Below, piece after piece: positions 8,724 to 17,881 of a stretch of 64,000 nt of DNA (position 1 is its first letter; each line of letters opens with the position of its first letter). Source of the DNA: Rhizobium sp. Q54. Lineage in GTDB: Bacteria > Pseudomonadota > Alphaproteobacteria > SMXQ01. The DNA is taken from positions 15,585-79,584 of the forward strand of contig CAMAVH010000001.1 of the NCBI GenBank assembly GCA_945861615.1. Direction: 5' to 3'. The translations under genes were made by a program, and so were the position numbers. The notes beneath the pieces are model-generated. The model made no database searches and was not told where the DNA came from. It saw only the letters and a list, made by a program, of their open reading frames with translations.

Positions 8724-11252
8724 ATGGCACTCGACGATCTGCGCCTGTCGTTCCGCGACGAATTCAGCAGCCTCAGCCTCGACACCGGCACCGCCGCGAC
8801 CGCACCGAACTTCTGGAACAGCTCCATGCATTCGGGTCATGTTCGCAACTTGGCGAACAATGGCGAATTGCAAATTTACGCCGACGCCGACTACCTCGGC
8901 CTTGGCGTCACACCCTTCTCGGTCAACAACGGCATCCTGACCATCAAGGCCGCGCCCGCCTCGTCCAGCGTCCAGACGGCGACCGGTTACAACTACACCT
9001 CCGGCGTCCTCACTTCGCAGGGCGCCTTTTCGCAGGCCTACGGCTATTTCGAAGTTCGCGCGCAGCTGCCCGAGGGCAAGGGGCTGTGGCCGGCCTTCTG
9101 GCTGCTCAACGAGAACGAGCAATGGCCGCCCGAACTCGACATCATGGAAGTGATCGGCAGCGAGACCAACTGGCTTACGCAGACGATCCACACCGACACG
9201 GGCAACGCCACCAGCGGCAATACCTGGAGCATCGACAAGCTCTCGGCCGGCTATCACAGCTACGGCATGGATTGGACCCAGAGCCAGATCACCTTCTATC
9301 TTGACGGCAAGCAGACTTGGTCGATGGCGACGCCGTCGGACCTCAACACGCCGATGTATATGGTGCTCAACCTGGCGGTCGGCGGCAATTGGCCGGGTAC
9401 GCCGGACGCGACCACCAACTGGGCGAACGCCAAGTACAACATCGACTATGTGCGCGTGTACCAGCATACCGGCACGCCCGGCATCGGCGGCGTGCTTAAC
9501 CCGGATGGTTCGGTCTATGTGCCGCCACCCGTCGCTCAGCTGCCCGGCCTCATCATCAGCAACGGCGCCGATATCACCGGCATGACCGGCACGAAGTTCG
9601 CCGTACCGGACGCGGGGCCCGGCACGACCAGGACCTACACGGCCAGCCAGATCGCCCTCGGGACCGCCGGCGGCGCAACGCTGACGGTGCTCCGAGATGG
9701 ACAGAACAATATCGCCGCCAGCAACAACGGCGCCTGGAACGATATCAAAAACGCCGCTTACGCCTCCGACAGCGTCAAGGGCGTGACGTTGAACAATTTC
9801 GTCGGGATCGGCATCTGGATGAACGGCGATCAGGATTCCGTCGTCGCCGTCAACAACAGCAAGCGCGGCACGATCACCACGACCGGCGGCCACGACCGGA
9901 TCACCGTCGCGGCCTTCAGCAACGGCATCACCGACAATATCATCGCGATCGATAGCGGCGACGGCAACGATATCATCGCCTTCACCGGCGCCGCCAACAC
10001 GCGAACGGACATCGCCGCCGGCGGCGGTGACGATACCGTCACCTTTTCCGATCAGGCTTCCGGCAGCGCCAAGGGCGGCGGGGGCGACGACAGCTTCATC
10101 ATCCGGTCCGGCGGCACGATCAGCCTGAACGGTGGCGCCGGCATCGACAGCTACGACCTCGCCGCAGGCAATCGGGTCACTATCGCCGACTTCCGGCTCG
10201 GCGAGGACAGGCTGACCTTGAACGGCGTCGCTGCCAGCGCCATCACCGTCCGCAACGCCGGCGGCAACAGCTATGTCGATGTCAATGGGACCGCCACCGC
10301 GACGCTGACCGGCGTGAACCTGAACAGCATCGATCTCGGCTTCGTCGCAGCGCCCGTCGTCATCCCTGTGTTCGACTGCAAAACGATCATGCCGAGCGCG
10401 CTGCTGATGCCGGATTCTTCCTTCAAAAACTGGCCGATCACCCATGCCAAGCTGAGCAACGGCGCGGACATCTCGGTCGCCGGCGGCAGCAGCTTCGCCG
10501 CCCCGGAAAGCGGCGCCAGCACGTCGAAAAGCTATACGGCGAGCCAGATCGGCCTCGGCACGGCCGCCGGCACCACCGTTACCCTCGCCTACGATGCGCA
10601 GAAAAACATCACGGTCACGAACAATGGCGCCTGGGGCGGCGTCAAGAACGCCGCGTTGCGTTCCGGCGCCATGACCAAGATGACGGTCAGCAACTTCATG
10701 GGCGTCGACATCGACATGAACGCCAACCAGAGCGGCACGGTGACGATCGCAGACGTGATGCGCGGCTCGGTCGCGACCGGCGGGGGAAACGACGTGATTA
10801 ACGTCACCGGCAAGAGCGACGGCGGTGCCGCCAACCTGATGAGCATCTCGGCGGGCAACGGCACCAATACCGTCAGCTATAGCGGCACGAGCGGCAACCG
10901 CGCGGCGATCATCACGGGCGGCGGCGCCGACAGGATCAGCTTCGCCGGCCAAGCCGATGGCGCGATCAATGTCGGGGCAGGCAACGACCGGGTGGACGTC
11001 CGCTCGACCGGCACTGTCGCCGTCACCGGCGGCGCCGGGTCGGATATCTTCTCCTTCATCGCCGGGGCCCATGCCAGCATCGCCGACTTCAACGCCGGCG
11101 AGGATCGGATCGAATTTTCCGGCGTCAGCGCCGCCAACGTCCGGATCCGGACCGACGGCAGCAGCACCCTGATCGACCTCAACGGCACGAGCGCCGTGGT
11201 GCTCTCGGGCGTCGCCCTCGGCGCCGGCCAGATCAACCTGAGCTACGTTTAG
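8724..11252 (+). CDS. Secreted GH16 glycanase paralog with two tandem C-terminal RTX-like/beta-roll modules (T1SS substrate)
   Basis: 842 aa. The N-terminal GH16 domain is about 70% identical to the upstream paralog (same ELDIMEV catalytic motif). It is followed by two roughly 265-aa modules that each resemble the C-terminal half of the first glycanase. The last about 100 aa are nearly identical to the paralog (…GGAGSDIFSFIAGAHASIADFNAGEDRIEFSGVSAANVRIRTDGSSTLIDLNGTSAVVLSGV…LSYV). Start at ATG 8724 after GGGGGA. Confidence 0.85.
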   Translation: MALDDLRLSFRDEFSSLSLDTGTAATAPNFWNSSMHSGHVRNLANNGELQIYADADYLGLGVTPFSVNNGILTIKAAPASSSVQTATGYNYTSGVLTSQGAFSQAYGYFEVRAQLPEGKGLWPAFWLLNENEQWPPELDIMEVIGSETNWLTQTIHTDTGNATSGNTWSIDKLSAGYHSYGMDWTQSQITFYLDGKQTWSMATPSDLNTPMYMVLNLAVGGNWPGTPDATTNWANAKYNIDYVRVYQHTGTPGIGGVLNPDGSVYVPPPVAQLPGLIISNGADITGMTGTKFAVPDAGPGTTRTYTASQIALGTAGGATLTVLRDGQNNIAASNNGAWNDIKNAAYASDSVKGVTLNNFVGIGIWMNGDQDSVVAVNNSKRGTITTTGGHDRITVAAFSNGITDNIIAIDSGDGNDIIAFTGAANTRTDIAAGGGDDTVTFSDQASGSAKGGGGDDSFIIRSGGTISLNGGAGIDSYDLAAGNRVTIADFRLGEDRLTLNGVAASAITVRNAGGNSYVDVNGTATATLTGVNLNSIDLGFVAAPVVIPVFDCKTIMPSALLMPDSSFKNWPITHAKLSNGADISVAGGSSFAAPESGASTSKSYTASQIGLGTAAGTTVTLAYDAQKNITVTNNGAWGGVKNAALRSGAMTKMTVSNFMGVDIDMNANQSGTVTIADVMRGSVATGGGNDVINVTGKSDGGAANLMSISAGNGTNTVSYSGTSGNRAAIITGGGADRISFAGQADGAINVGAGNDRVDVRSTGTVAVTGGAGSDIFSFIAGAHASIADFNAGEDRIEFSGVSAANVRIRTDGSSTLIDLNGTSAVVLSGVALGAGQINLSYV

Positions 11253-11417
11253 GCGAGAGGGCCCGGTCTTATTCAAGACTGGGCCCTCCCCTTCCCTGCG
11301 TTGCCCATATCCTCCGCGCCCTGTAAAACGGAAGCGCGCCCATAAAAACAAAGCGGGGCGCGCCTGCCGCCCTGCGGTTTCTAGGGCAGCATGCAAAACA
11401 GATCAGGGAGACGGCCC

Positions 11418-12554
11418 ATGCTCATCATCGGCAACGACATCGTCGCGGACATCCTCAAGATGCCCGACGTGCTGCGCGTCCAGGAAGCGGCTTTTCGCCA
11501 ACTGCCGACCGGTGGCGCCATCCATCGCCCGCGTATCGACATGTACGTGCCCTGCGACCGGCCCGATGGCTATTTCCGCTGGGGCACCATGGAAGGCGCC
11601 AACGACGGCTACTTCGCCATCCGCATGAAATCCGACATCATCACCTGGCCGAAGACCGCCGACGGCGGCTGGACCGAGGACAAATATTGCCGCGAGCCCG
11701 GCACTTATTGCGGCCTCATCATGCTGATCTCGACGCGCAACGGCGAGCCGCTCGCCTTCATCAACGACGGCATCCTGCAGCATATGCGCGTCGGCGGCGG
11801 CGCCGGCATCGGCGTGAAATATCTCTCGCGCGAGGACAGCCACACCGTCGGCATGATCGGCTCGGGCGGCATGGCCCGCACCTTCCTCGACGCCTTCCGC
11901 TGCGTGCGCGACATCCGGAAGGTCAAGGTCTACAGCCCGAACGCGAAGAACCGCGAGGCCTACGCGGAAGAAATGTCGCGCCAGCATGGCATCGAGGTCG
12001 TCGCCGTCGATAGCGCCCGCGAAGCGGTACGCGGCGTCGATATTCTGTCCACCTGCACCGACAGCATGGCGGCGGTCTATGACGCCGACTGGCTGGAAAA
12101 GGGCATGCACGTGACCAATCTTAGCCGGCGCGAGCAGCCCGACGCCGCGGCGGCCAAGTTCGATGTGGTGGTTCGTCAAGGCACCGCCGGCCTGCAGATG
12201 AAGCAGAGCGAACGCTTTCAGGCCGAACGCGGCCATTCGCCAGCCGCCTATATCGGCGGCACCCCCGAGCAGATGAAGATCATTCCGGAAAAGAACCCTG
12301 AGCCCGGCTTCGGCGGTGACAGCCCGGACTTCACCGACCGCGGCAAGGGCGGCGACAAGCCGGACTTCGCCGATCTGGTGAGCGGCAAGGCTAAGGGCCG
12401 CACCAGCCGCGACCAGATCACCTTTTATCGCAACGTCGGCAACCAGGGCCTGCAGTTCTCCGCCGTCGGCGGCTGGATCTACAGCCAAGCCACCAAGCTC
12501 GGCAAAGGCCGCGAGATTCCCACCGACTGGTTCTTGCAGGATATCCGGGATTAG
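11418..12554 (+). CDS. Ornithine cyclodeaminase/mu-crystallin family protein
   Basis: It has a Rossmann NAD motif (VGMIGSGGMARTFLDAF), an OCD-like N-terminus and a C-terminal ITFYRNVGNQGLQFSAV…. There is an insertion of about 70 aa (…PEQMKIIPEKNPEPGFGGDSPDFTDRGKGGDKPDF…) before the last conserved block. Good RBS (AGGGAGACGGCCC-ATG). Confidence 0.7.
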   Translation: MLIIGNDIVADILKMPDVLRVQEAAFRQLPTGGAIHRPRIDMYVPCDRPDGYFRWGTMEGANDGYFAIRMKSDIITWPKTADGGWTEDKYCREPGTYCGLIMLISTRNGEPLAFINDGILQHMRVGGGAGIGVKYLSREDSHTVGMIGSGGMARTFLDAFRCVRDIRKVKVYSPNAKNREAYAEEMSRQHGIEVVAVDSAREAVRGVDILSTCTDSMAAVYDADWLEKGMHVTNLSRREQPDAAAAKFDVVVRQGTAGLQMKQSERFQAERGHSPAAYIGGTPEQMKIIPEKNPEPGFGGDSPDFTDRGKGGDKPDFADLVSGKAKGRTSRDQITFYRNVGNQGLQFSAVGGWIYSQATKLGKGREIPTDWFLQDIRD

Positions 12555-12568
12555 CGTCATATCCGGAG

Positions 12569-12787
12569 ATGAGTACCGACTCCCTCACCCAGCGCCTCCT
12601 CGATATCGAACATCGTCTCGCCCATAGCGAACGGATGACGGAAGACCTCTCCGTCATCGTCGCCAAGCAGGCGTCTGAGATCGCCCTGCTCAACCAAAAG
12701 ATCGCCCTGCTGACGCAGCGGCTGAAGGAGAGCGCCGCGCAATGGGATCCGTCGCCGCGCGACAGCGAGCCGCCGCCCCACTACTGA
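12569..12787 (+). CDS. slyX: SlyX-family protein
   Basis: 72 aa coiled-coil protein: LTQRLLDIEHRLAHSERMTEDLSVIVAKQASEIALLNQKIALLTQRL. Confidence 0.7.
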   Translation: MSTDSLTQRLLDIEHRLAHSERMTEDLSVIVAKQASEIALLNQKIALLTQRLKESAAQWDPSPRDSEPPPHY

Positions 12788-12799
12788 CAACGGCGCGCC

Positions 12800-13078
12800 A
12801 TGAGCGACGGATTTCCCGATTACTTCGTCTATGTTCTGCGCAACGGCGCCGGCACGCTCTACACCGGCATCGCCAAGGACGTCGAGGCTCGCTGCGACGC
12901 GCATAACGCCGGCAAGGGCGCGCGCTACACGCGCGGCCGCGGGCCGTGGACCATCGCCCATATCGAGGGACCGCTGGCGCATGGCGAGGCGCTGCGCCGC
13001 GAGGCCGCGCTCAAGCGCGACCGCGCCTTCAAAAGCGGCTTGAAAGCGAAATTGGGACTCGTCGGATCGAAAGCGTGA
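12800..13078 (+). CDS. GIY-YIG nuclease-family protein (UPF0213/YhbQ-like)
   Basis: 92 aa: YFVYVLRNGAGTLYTGIAKDVEARCDAHNAGKGARYTRGRGPWTI, the GIY-YIG signature. Confidence 0.8.
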   Translation: MSDGFPDYFVYVLRNGAGTLYTGIAKDVEARCDAHNAGKGARYTRGRGPWTIAHIEGPLAHGEALRREAALKRDRAFKSGLKAKLGLVGSKA

Positions 13079-13086
13079 AGCCGGCG

Positions 13087-13479
13087 CTATTTGCCGGCGG
13101 ATGCGACCGGCGGATAAGGCGTCCAGAAATAGATCAGCGGCCGGCCCAGACGCTCTTCCAGTTGTTCAAGCGCTTGGTAGGCGGCACGCCGCTGCGCCTC
13201 ATGCAGCGCTTCGCCGCGCCGCGCCCGGACGGCGACGAACACCGATTCGCCTTCCGCAAGATCGGCGCCGACCATCGCATAGGCTTTGCTGCCGAGGATA
13301 CCGAGGCTGGCACAGGCGACGGCCAATGCAGGGGTAGCCGAAACGAGCGACGAAGCACTCATCTCCGGCACGGCATCGACTGCGGATACGCTGGCAACCA
13401 TAGGAATCCTCCGACTGAAAACTGATCGGAAGTCTAACGGCGGCGGCGCGGAATCGCTCCGCGCACGTTGGCCGGTCAC
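13087..13479 (-). CDS. Hypothetical protein (possibly an MTH1187/YkoF-like small alpha/beta protein)
   Basis: 130-aa ORF with coherent composition and no recognised motif. The start may be the internal M (MVASVSAVD…). Confidence 0.4.
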   Translation of the reverse strand: MTGQRARSDSAPPPLDFRSVFSRRIPMVASVSAVDAVPEMSASSLVSATPALAVACASLGILGSKAYAMVGADLAEGESVFVAVRARRGEALHEAQRRAAYQALEQLEERLGRPLIYFWTPYPPVASAGK

Positions 13480-13579
13480 AAAAGCTCCACGCCGCGTGTC
13501 ATGATCGCACGGCTAATCGCGCGCAGGGAGCCGGAGCGCTCAAGCGCGCGTCATCGATTCGGCAAATTGTGAGTGAAAA

Positions 13580-13657
13580 TGGTCGGGACGATAGGATTTG
13601 AACCTACGACCCTCAGACCCCCAGTCTGATGCGCTACCAGGCTGCGCTACGCCCCGA
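13580..13657 (-). tRNA. tRNA-Pro (anticodon GGG)
   Basis: The reverse complement folds as a cloverleaf. The acceptor arm CGGGGCG/CGUCCCG includes one G-U pair. The D-arm is GCGC-AGCCUGGUA-GCGC. The anticodon arm is UCAGA-CUGGGGG-UCUGA, which gives anticodon GGG. The T-arm is GUAGG-UUCAAAU-CCUAU. The CCA end is encoded. Confidence 0.85.
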
Positions 13658-13794
13658 CCTTGTCCACCAGCCGGCATGGGAAACTTAATCCGTCGGCGGA
13701 GGGGGCGGAATGTACCCCGCCCATCCCACAGCCGCAATGGCTGAACGCAGCGAAAATCTCGTGGAAAATCAGCGCCGAAAACAGCGGATCGCGG

Positions 13795-14331
13795 CTATTT
13801 GCGCAGAAGCGCGCGCAAGCCGGACAATTCGTCGAGCAGCGCCTTGAGCGCCGCCTTGGTTTCGTCGTCGAGGCCCGAGCCGCGCACCGCCTTCGCCGTC
13901 GTCGCGATCGACGGCGCCGCGACCGTCTGCGGCCCGGTTTGCGGCTTGGAGGTTTCGACGACGCGGGGCGCTTGCCCCGGCGCTGCATGAGGCTCGGCCG
14001 GCGCGCGGCCCGGCTTCAGGCCGCCGTCGCGCAGCAGTTTTTGCACGCCTTTAATGGTGTAGCCGTCACCGTAGAGCAGCGCACGGATGGCGCGCAGCAG
14101 CTCTACGTCCTCGGGCCGGTAATAGCGCCGGCCGCCGCCGCGCTTGAGCGGGCGGATCTGCGAGAACTTGGTTTCCCAGAAGCGCAGGACATGCTGCGGC
14201 ACGTCGAGGTCCGTGGCGACCTCGCTGATCGTGCGGAAGGCGCTGGCGGATTTCATGCCGCGGCGCGCCAAGCCGGCCGCATCGGGCGCCTCGGCGAAGG
14301 CGCCGTTCGTCTGCTCTGCGCTGTCCGCCAT
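13795..14331 (-). CDS. MerR-family transcriptional regulator
   Basis: HTH region [51 protein letters not shown]. The MerR gene sits downstream of ihfA, as in many alphaproteobacteria. Confidence 0.85.
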   Translation of the reverse strand: MADSAEQTNGAFAEAPDAAGLARRGMKSASAFRTISEVATDLDVPQHVLRFWETKFSQIRPLKRGGGRRYYRPEDVELLRAIRALLYGDGYTIKGVQKLLRDGGLKPGRAPAEPHAAPGQAPRVVETSKPQTGPQTVAAPSIATTAKAVRGSGLDDETKAALKALLDELSGLRALLRK

Positions 14332-14332
14332 C

Positions 14333-14677
14333 TCACGCCTGCGTCGGCGGCGTCGCGCCCGCGCTGGCGTCCGGCGTCGTCGCGCTGTCGGTATTGATGC
14401 GGTTCTTCAGCACGTGGGAGGCGCGAAACACCAGCACCCGGCGCGGCAGGATCGGCACTTCTTCGCCGGTCTTGGGATTGCGGCCGACGCGGCGGCCCTT
14501 CTGGCGCACCGAAAAGCTGCCGAAGGACGAGATTTTCACCGGCTCGCCGCGAATCAAGGCGCCGCTGATCTCTTCCAGCACCGCCTCGACCAGATCGGCC
14601 GATTCGTTACGGGACAGGCCGACTTCTTGATAGACGGCCTCGCTCAACTGGGATCGGGTAACCGTATTGCCGCTCAT
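14333..14677 (-). CDS. ihfA: Integration host factor subunit alpha
   Basis: [76 protein letters not shown] is the canonical IHF-alpha sequence. The ORF-track start (14749) is a 5' over-extension. Confidence 0.9.
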   Translation of the reverse strand: MSGNTVTRSQLSEAVYQEVGLSRNESADLVEAVLEEISGALIRGEPVKISSFGSFSVRQKGRRVGRNPKTGEEVPILPRRVLVFRASHVLKNRINTDSATTPDASAGATPPTQA

Positions 14678-14825
14678 GTCACTTTCCCCAACGCTGTCAT
14701 CCGCCTCTGTCCTGCCCGCAACGTTAGCGCCCAGGCAGAAATACGTCAATAATCAAAGGGATGGGGGATTTACCTGAAGTCGCGCCCGAATCGCGCGGCG
14801 GAACCGTGGATTTAGACTTGTGGCC

Positions 14826-15794
14826 TTACCAGCGGACCGCTGCAGATGCCCAGGTGAAGCCGGCACCCATGGCTTCGAGCATGACCAATTGGCCGGACTT
14901 GATGCGGCCGTCGTTGGCAGCTTCGGCCAGCGCCAGCGGGATCGAGGCGGCCGAGGTGTTGGCGTGGCGGTCGACGGTGATGACGACCTTTTCGGACGGC
15001 AGGCCGAGCTTCTTGGCCGTGGCGTCGAGGATGCGCAGATTGGCCTGGTGCGGCACCAGCCAGTCGATCTCGGCGGCCGTCAGCTTGTTAGCGACTAGCG
15101 CCTCTTCCAGCACCGCCGCCATATTGACGACGGCGTGGCGGAACACTTCCTTGCCCTGCATGCGGACCTTGCCGACCGTGCCGGTCGAGGACGGGCCGCC
15201 GTCGGCATAGAGCATATCGTGCTGGCGGCCGTCGGAATGCAGATGGGTGGAGAGGATGCCGCGATCCTTGTTGGTGCCCTGCCCTTCGCAGGCTTTCAGC
15301 ACCACGGCGCCGGCACCGTCGCCGAACAGCACGCAGGTCGTGCGGTCCTGCCAGTCGAGCAGGCGCGAGAAGGTTTCGGCGCCGATCACCAGCGCCGTCT
15401 TGGCCTGGCCGAGGCGGATGGCGTTGTCGGCGACCGCGAGACCGTAGATGAATCCCGAGCAGACCGCCTGCACATCGAAGGCGACGGCCTTGTGCGCGCC
15501 GATCGCCGTCTGCACCTTCACGGCGGTGGCGGGGAATGTATGGTCCGGGCTGGCGGTGGCGAGCACGATGAGATCGACGCTGTCGCCGGCCACGCCGGCC
15601 TTTTCCAAGGCTTGGCGCGCGGCGGCGATGGCGAGATCGGAGGTCTTCTCGCCCTCGGCGGCGACATGGCGCTGGCGGATGCCGGTCCGCTCGACGATCC
15701 ATTCGTCCGACGTATCGACGCGGGTCGCCAGTTCGTCGTTGGTGACGATGCGGCTCGGCAGGTAGGAGCCGCAACCGGCGATGTAAGAACGCAT
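14826..15794 (-). CDS. fabH: Beta-ketoacyl-ACP synthase III
   Basis: [13 protein letters not shown]…, active-site [15 protein letters not shown], and VPHQANLRI…ANTSAASIP. Start at the internal ATG 15794; the ORF-track 5' extension is spurious. Confidence 0.9.
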   Translation of the reverse strand: MRSYIAGCGSYLPSRIVTNDELATRVDTSDEWIVERTGIRQRHVAAEGEKTSDLAIAAARQALEKAGVAGDSVDLIVLATASPDHTFPATAVKVQTAIGAHKAVAFDVQAVCSGFIYGLAVADNAIRLGQAKTALVIGAETFSRLLDWQDRTTCVLFGDGAGAVVLKACEGQGTNKDRGILSTHLHSDGRQHDMLYADGGPSSTGTVGKVRMQGKEVFRHAVVNMAAVLEEALVANKLTAAEIDWLVPHQANLRILDATAKKLGLPSEKVVITVDRHANTSAASIPLALAEAANDGRIKSGQLVMLEAMGAGFTWASAAVRW

Positions 15795-15801
15795 GAGCAT
15801 G

Positions 15802-16860
15802 CTACGAAACCGTCGCCTCTTGCGCCGCGGGCACGACGGCCGCGACCGGCGTGAGCGCCTGCAGTTCGTGAAGGATCTTCGCGTTGAATCCGCCTGCCGC
15901 CATGTCGATGGCGACGCCGACCGCATTGGCAAAGCCGAAGGCATCGGTGCTGCCGTGGCTCTTCACGGCGATGCCGTTGAGGCCGAGGAACATGGCGCCG
16001 TTGTAGCGGCGCGGATCGAGGCGCGAGCGCAGCTTGTTGAGCGCCGGACGCGCCAGCAGATAGCCGATCATCGACAGGATCGAACTGCGGAAGGCGGCGC
16101 GCAGGAAATTCGTATATAGCCGCGCCAAGCCTTCGGCGGTCTTCAGCGCGACGTTGCCGGTGAAGCCGTCGGTGACGACGACATCGACGGCGCCGGCCCA
16201 TACGTCGTCGCCCTCGACGAAGCCCTCGAACAGGATCGGCAACTTGCTGGCGCGGATCATCGCGGCGGCATCGCGCAGCACGTCATGGCCCTTGAGGTCT
16301 TCCTCGCCGACGTTCAGAAGCGCGATGCGCGGCTTGACCATGCCGAACACGGTGCGCGCGAAGACTTCGCCGAGAATGGCGAACTGCGCGAGATTGTTGG
16401 CGTCGCAGGAAATATTGGCGCCGAGATCGAGCATGACGCTCTCGCCGCGCTGCGTCGGCACGATCGAGGCGATGGCGGGACGGTCGATGCCGGGCAGCGT
16501 CTTGAGCACCACCTTGGCCATAGCCATCAGCGCGCCGGTGTTGCCGGCGGAGACGATGCCGGCGGCGTCGCCCGAGGCGACAGCGTCGATGGCGAGGCGC
16601 ATGGAGGATTGGCGCGCGCTGCGCAGCGCCACGGAAGGCTTGTCGTGATCAGACACGGCAGCGTCAGTGTGGCGAATCTCGCAGATCGCCGCCGCGGTCT
16701 TGTGACGCGCGAGCAAGGGCTCGATCTTCGCGCGATCGCCGTACAGCAGGAAGCGGGCTTCCGGATGACGCTTATGGGCGATCTCAACGCCCTGCACGAC
16801 CATGTCGGGGGCTTTCTCGCCCCCCATGGCGTCGATCGCGATCGTCAAGTGCTCGGCCAA
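15802..16860 (-). CDS. plsX: Phosphate acyltransferase PlsX
   Basis: [14 protein letters not shown]…[11 protein letters not shown]…FEGFVEGDD motifs. The ATG ORF at 16956 overlaps rpmF by 60 nt, so the true start is probably a non-ATG codon near 16860 ([17 protein letters not shown]). Confidence 0.85.
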   Translation of the reverse strand: MAEHLTIAIDAMGGEKAPDMVVQGVEIAHKRHPEARFLLYGDRAKIEPLLARHKTAAAICEIRHTDAAVSDHDKPSVALRSARQSSMRLAIDAVASGDAAGIVSAGNTGALMAMAKVVLKTLPGIDRPAIASIVPTQRGESVMLDLGANISCDANNLAQFAILGEVFARTVFGMVKPRIALLNVGEEDLKGHDVLRDAAAMIRASKLPILFEGFVEGDDVWAGAVDVVVTDGFTGNVALKTAEGLARLYTNFLRAAFRSSILSMIGYLLARPALNKLRSRLDPRRYNGAMFLGLNGIAVKSHGSTDAFGFANAVGVAIDMAAGGFNAKILHELQALTPVAAVVPAAQEATVS

Positions 16861-16895
16861 GGCCTCGCCCCGCGCGAATCGGATCGGCGGGCGAG

Positions 16896-17081
16896 TTACG
16901 CGCGGCTCTTGGGCGCGACGACCTCGCGGCCGTCGTAATGACCGCAAGACGGGCACACGTTATGCGGACGCGCGAGCTCGCCGCAGTTCTTGCACTCGAC
17001 ATGCGCGGTGGTCTTCAGCGCGTGGTGCGAACGGCGCATGTTGGTGCGCGACTTGGAGGTTTTCGCCTTCGGAACAGCCAT
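16896..17081 (-). CDS. rpmF: 50S ribosomal protein L32
   Basis: [23 protein letters not shown]…[20 protein letters not shown]. Confidence 0.95.
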   Translation of the reverse strand: MAVPKAKTSKSRTNMRRSHHALKTTAHVECKNCGELARPHNVCPSCGHYDGREVVAPKSRA

Positions 17082-17284
17082 GATACGTCTCTTTCAACCG
17101 CGTTTTTCGAGAGGCCGGAAAGCCGGCCCCGGTGATGTGAATTCTGCTCTGCTGGTTCGGCGCCGTCGCCCCTTTCCCCCCTCGGAGGGCGCCCCCTCAG
17201 TCATCCCAGGGGGCCGGGCCGTCGCTGCCGGCGAAAAAGGCAGCTTACTTACTCAAAAAGGCTGAGTGAGGCAAGCGCCACGGT

Positions 17285-17854
17285 TCATTTGCCGCCTTTT
17301 CTTACCAGCCTTGCGAGGGCCATGAAAGGCGAATTCTTCGGGACGGAAGTCTTTGATTCCGCAGGACTTGGCAGTTCCTCCGCCGGCTCGCCCGGCAAAC
17401 GGGCGCCCGGCAGGCGAGGATAGGGGTTCAAAGCCAGGGCCAGATGCTCGGCGGCCGCCTCTCCCACGTCCACCGCCTCGCCGTCCAGCGGGTCCGGCGG
17501 GTCGGCCGCCTCGGGGTCCAATTCCAGCTCTTTTTCGATCACGGCGGCGGTCGCATCGTCGGCATAGTCCAAGGCGAAGTCTTCACCGATCACGTCGGGC
17601 ACCGGCTCGAGGGTCACGACGCAGCGCTGCACCAGCTTGGCGGCAATATGGCCACGCAGCTGGGCGCGCCGGCCACCATTGAGGGTCGTCAACGTCCCTT
17701 CGGCGGTGAAACTATCGAGCGCGATCAGGCCGAAACGCTTGGCCAGGGCGGCCCGCTCGGCGGCCGTCGCCTCGATTTTGAAGGCCTGCACCGGCTCGAC
17801 GCCCCGATGCACGGGCAACTTGCGGGAAAATTCCGGCGGCAAATCGCTGGTCAT
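17285..17854 (-). CDS. yceD: YceD/DUF177 family protein (23S rRNA accumulation protein)
   Basis: 189 aa with an acidic C-terminus, located upstream of rpmF-plsX-fabH, the conserved yceD position. Confidence 0.8.
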   Translation of the reverse strand: MTSDLPPEFSRKLPVHRGVEPVQAFKIEATAAERAALAKRFGLIALDSFTAEGTLTTLNGGRRAQLRGHIAAKLVQRCVVTLEPVPDVIGEDFALDYADDATAAVIEKELELDPEAADPPDPLDGEAVDVGEAAAEHLALALNPYPRLPGARLPGEPAEELPSPAESKTSVPKNSPFMALARLVRKGGK

Positions 17855-17881
17855 GAGGGACTCCGTAAACGGCCAGTGGAT

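Noticed and set aside
8184-11396. 1070-aa ORF antisense to the glycanase genes. There are also long antisense ORFs at 31703-34639 (978 aa), 52407-54671 (754 aa), 19269-21377 (702 aa), 38610-40535 (641 aa) and 21655-22881.
   Set aside because: These are mirror-strand open frames produced by strong GC3 codon bias. Their products are low-complexity (rich in Arg, Gly, Ala and Asp) with no motifs, while the sense-strand genes have clear conserved signatures.
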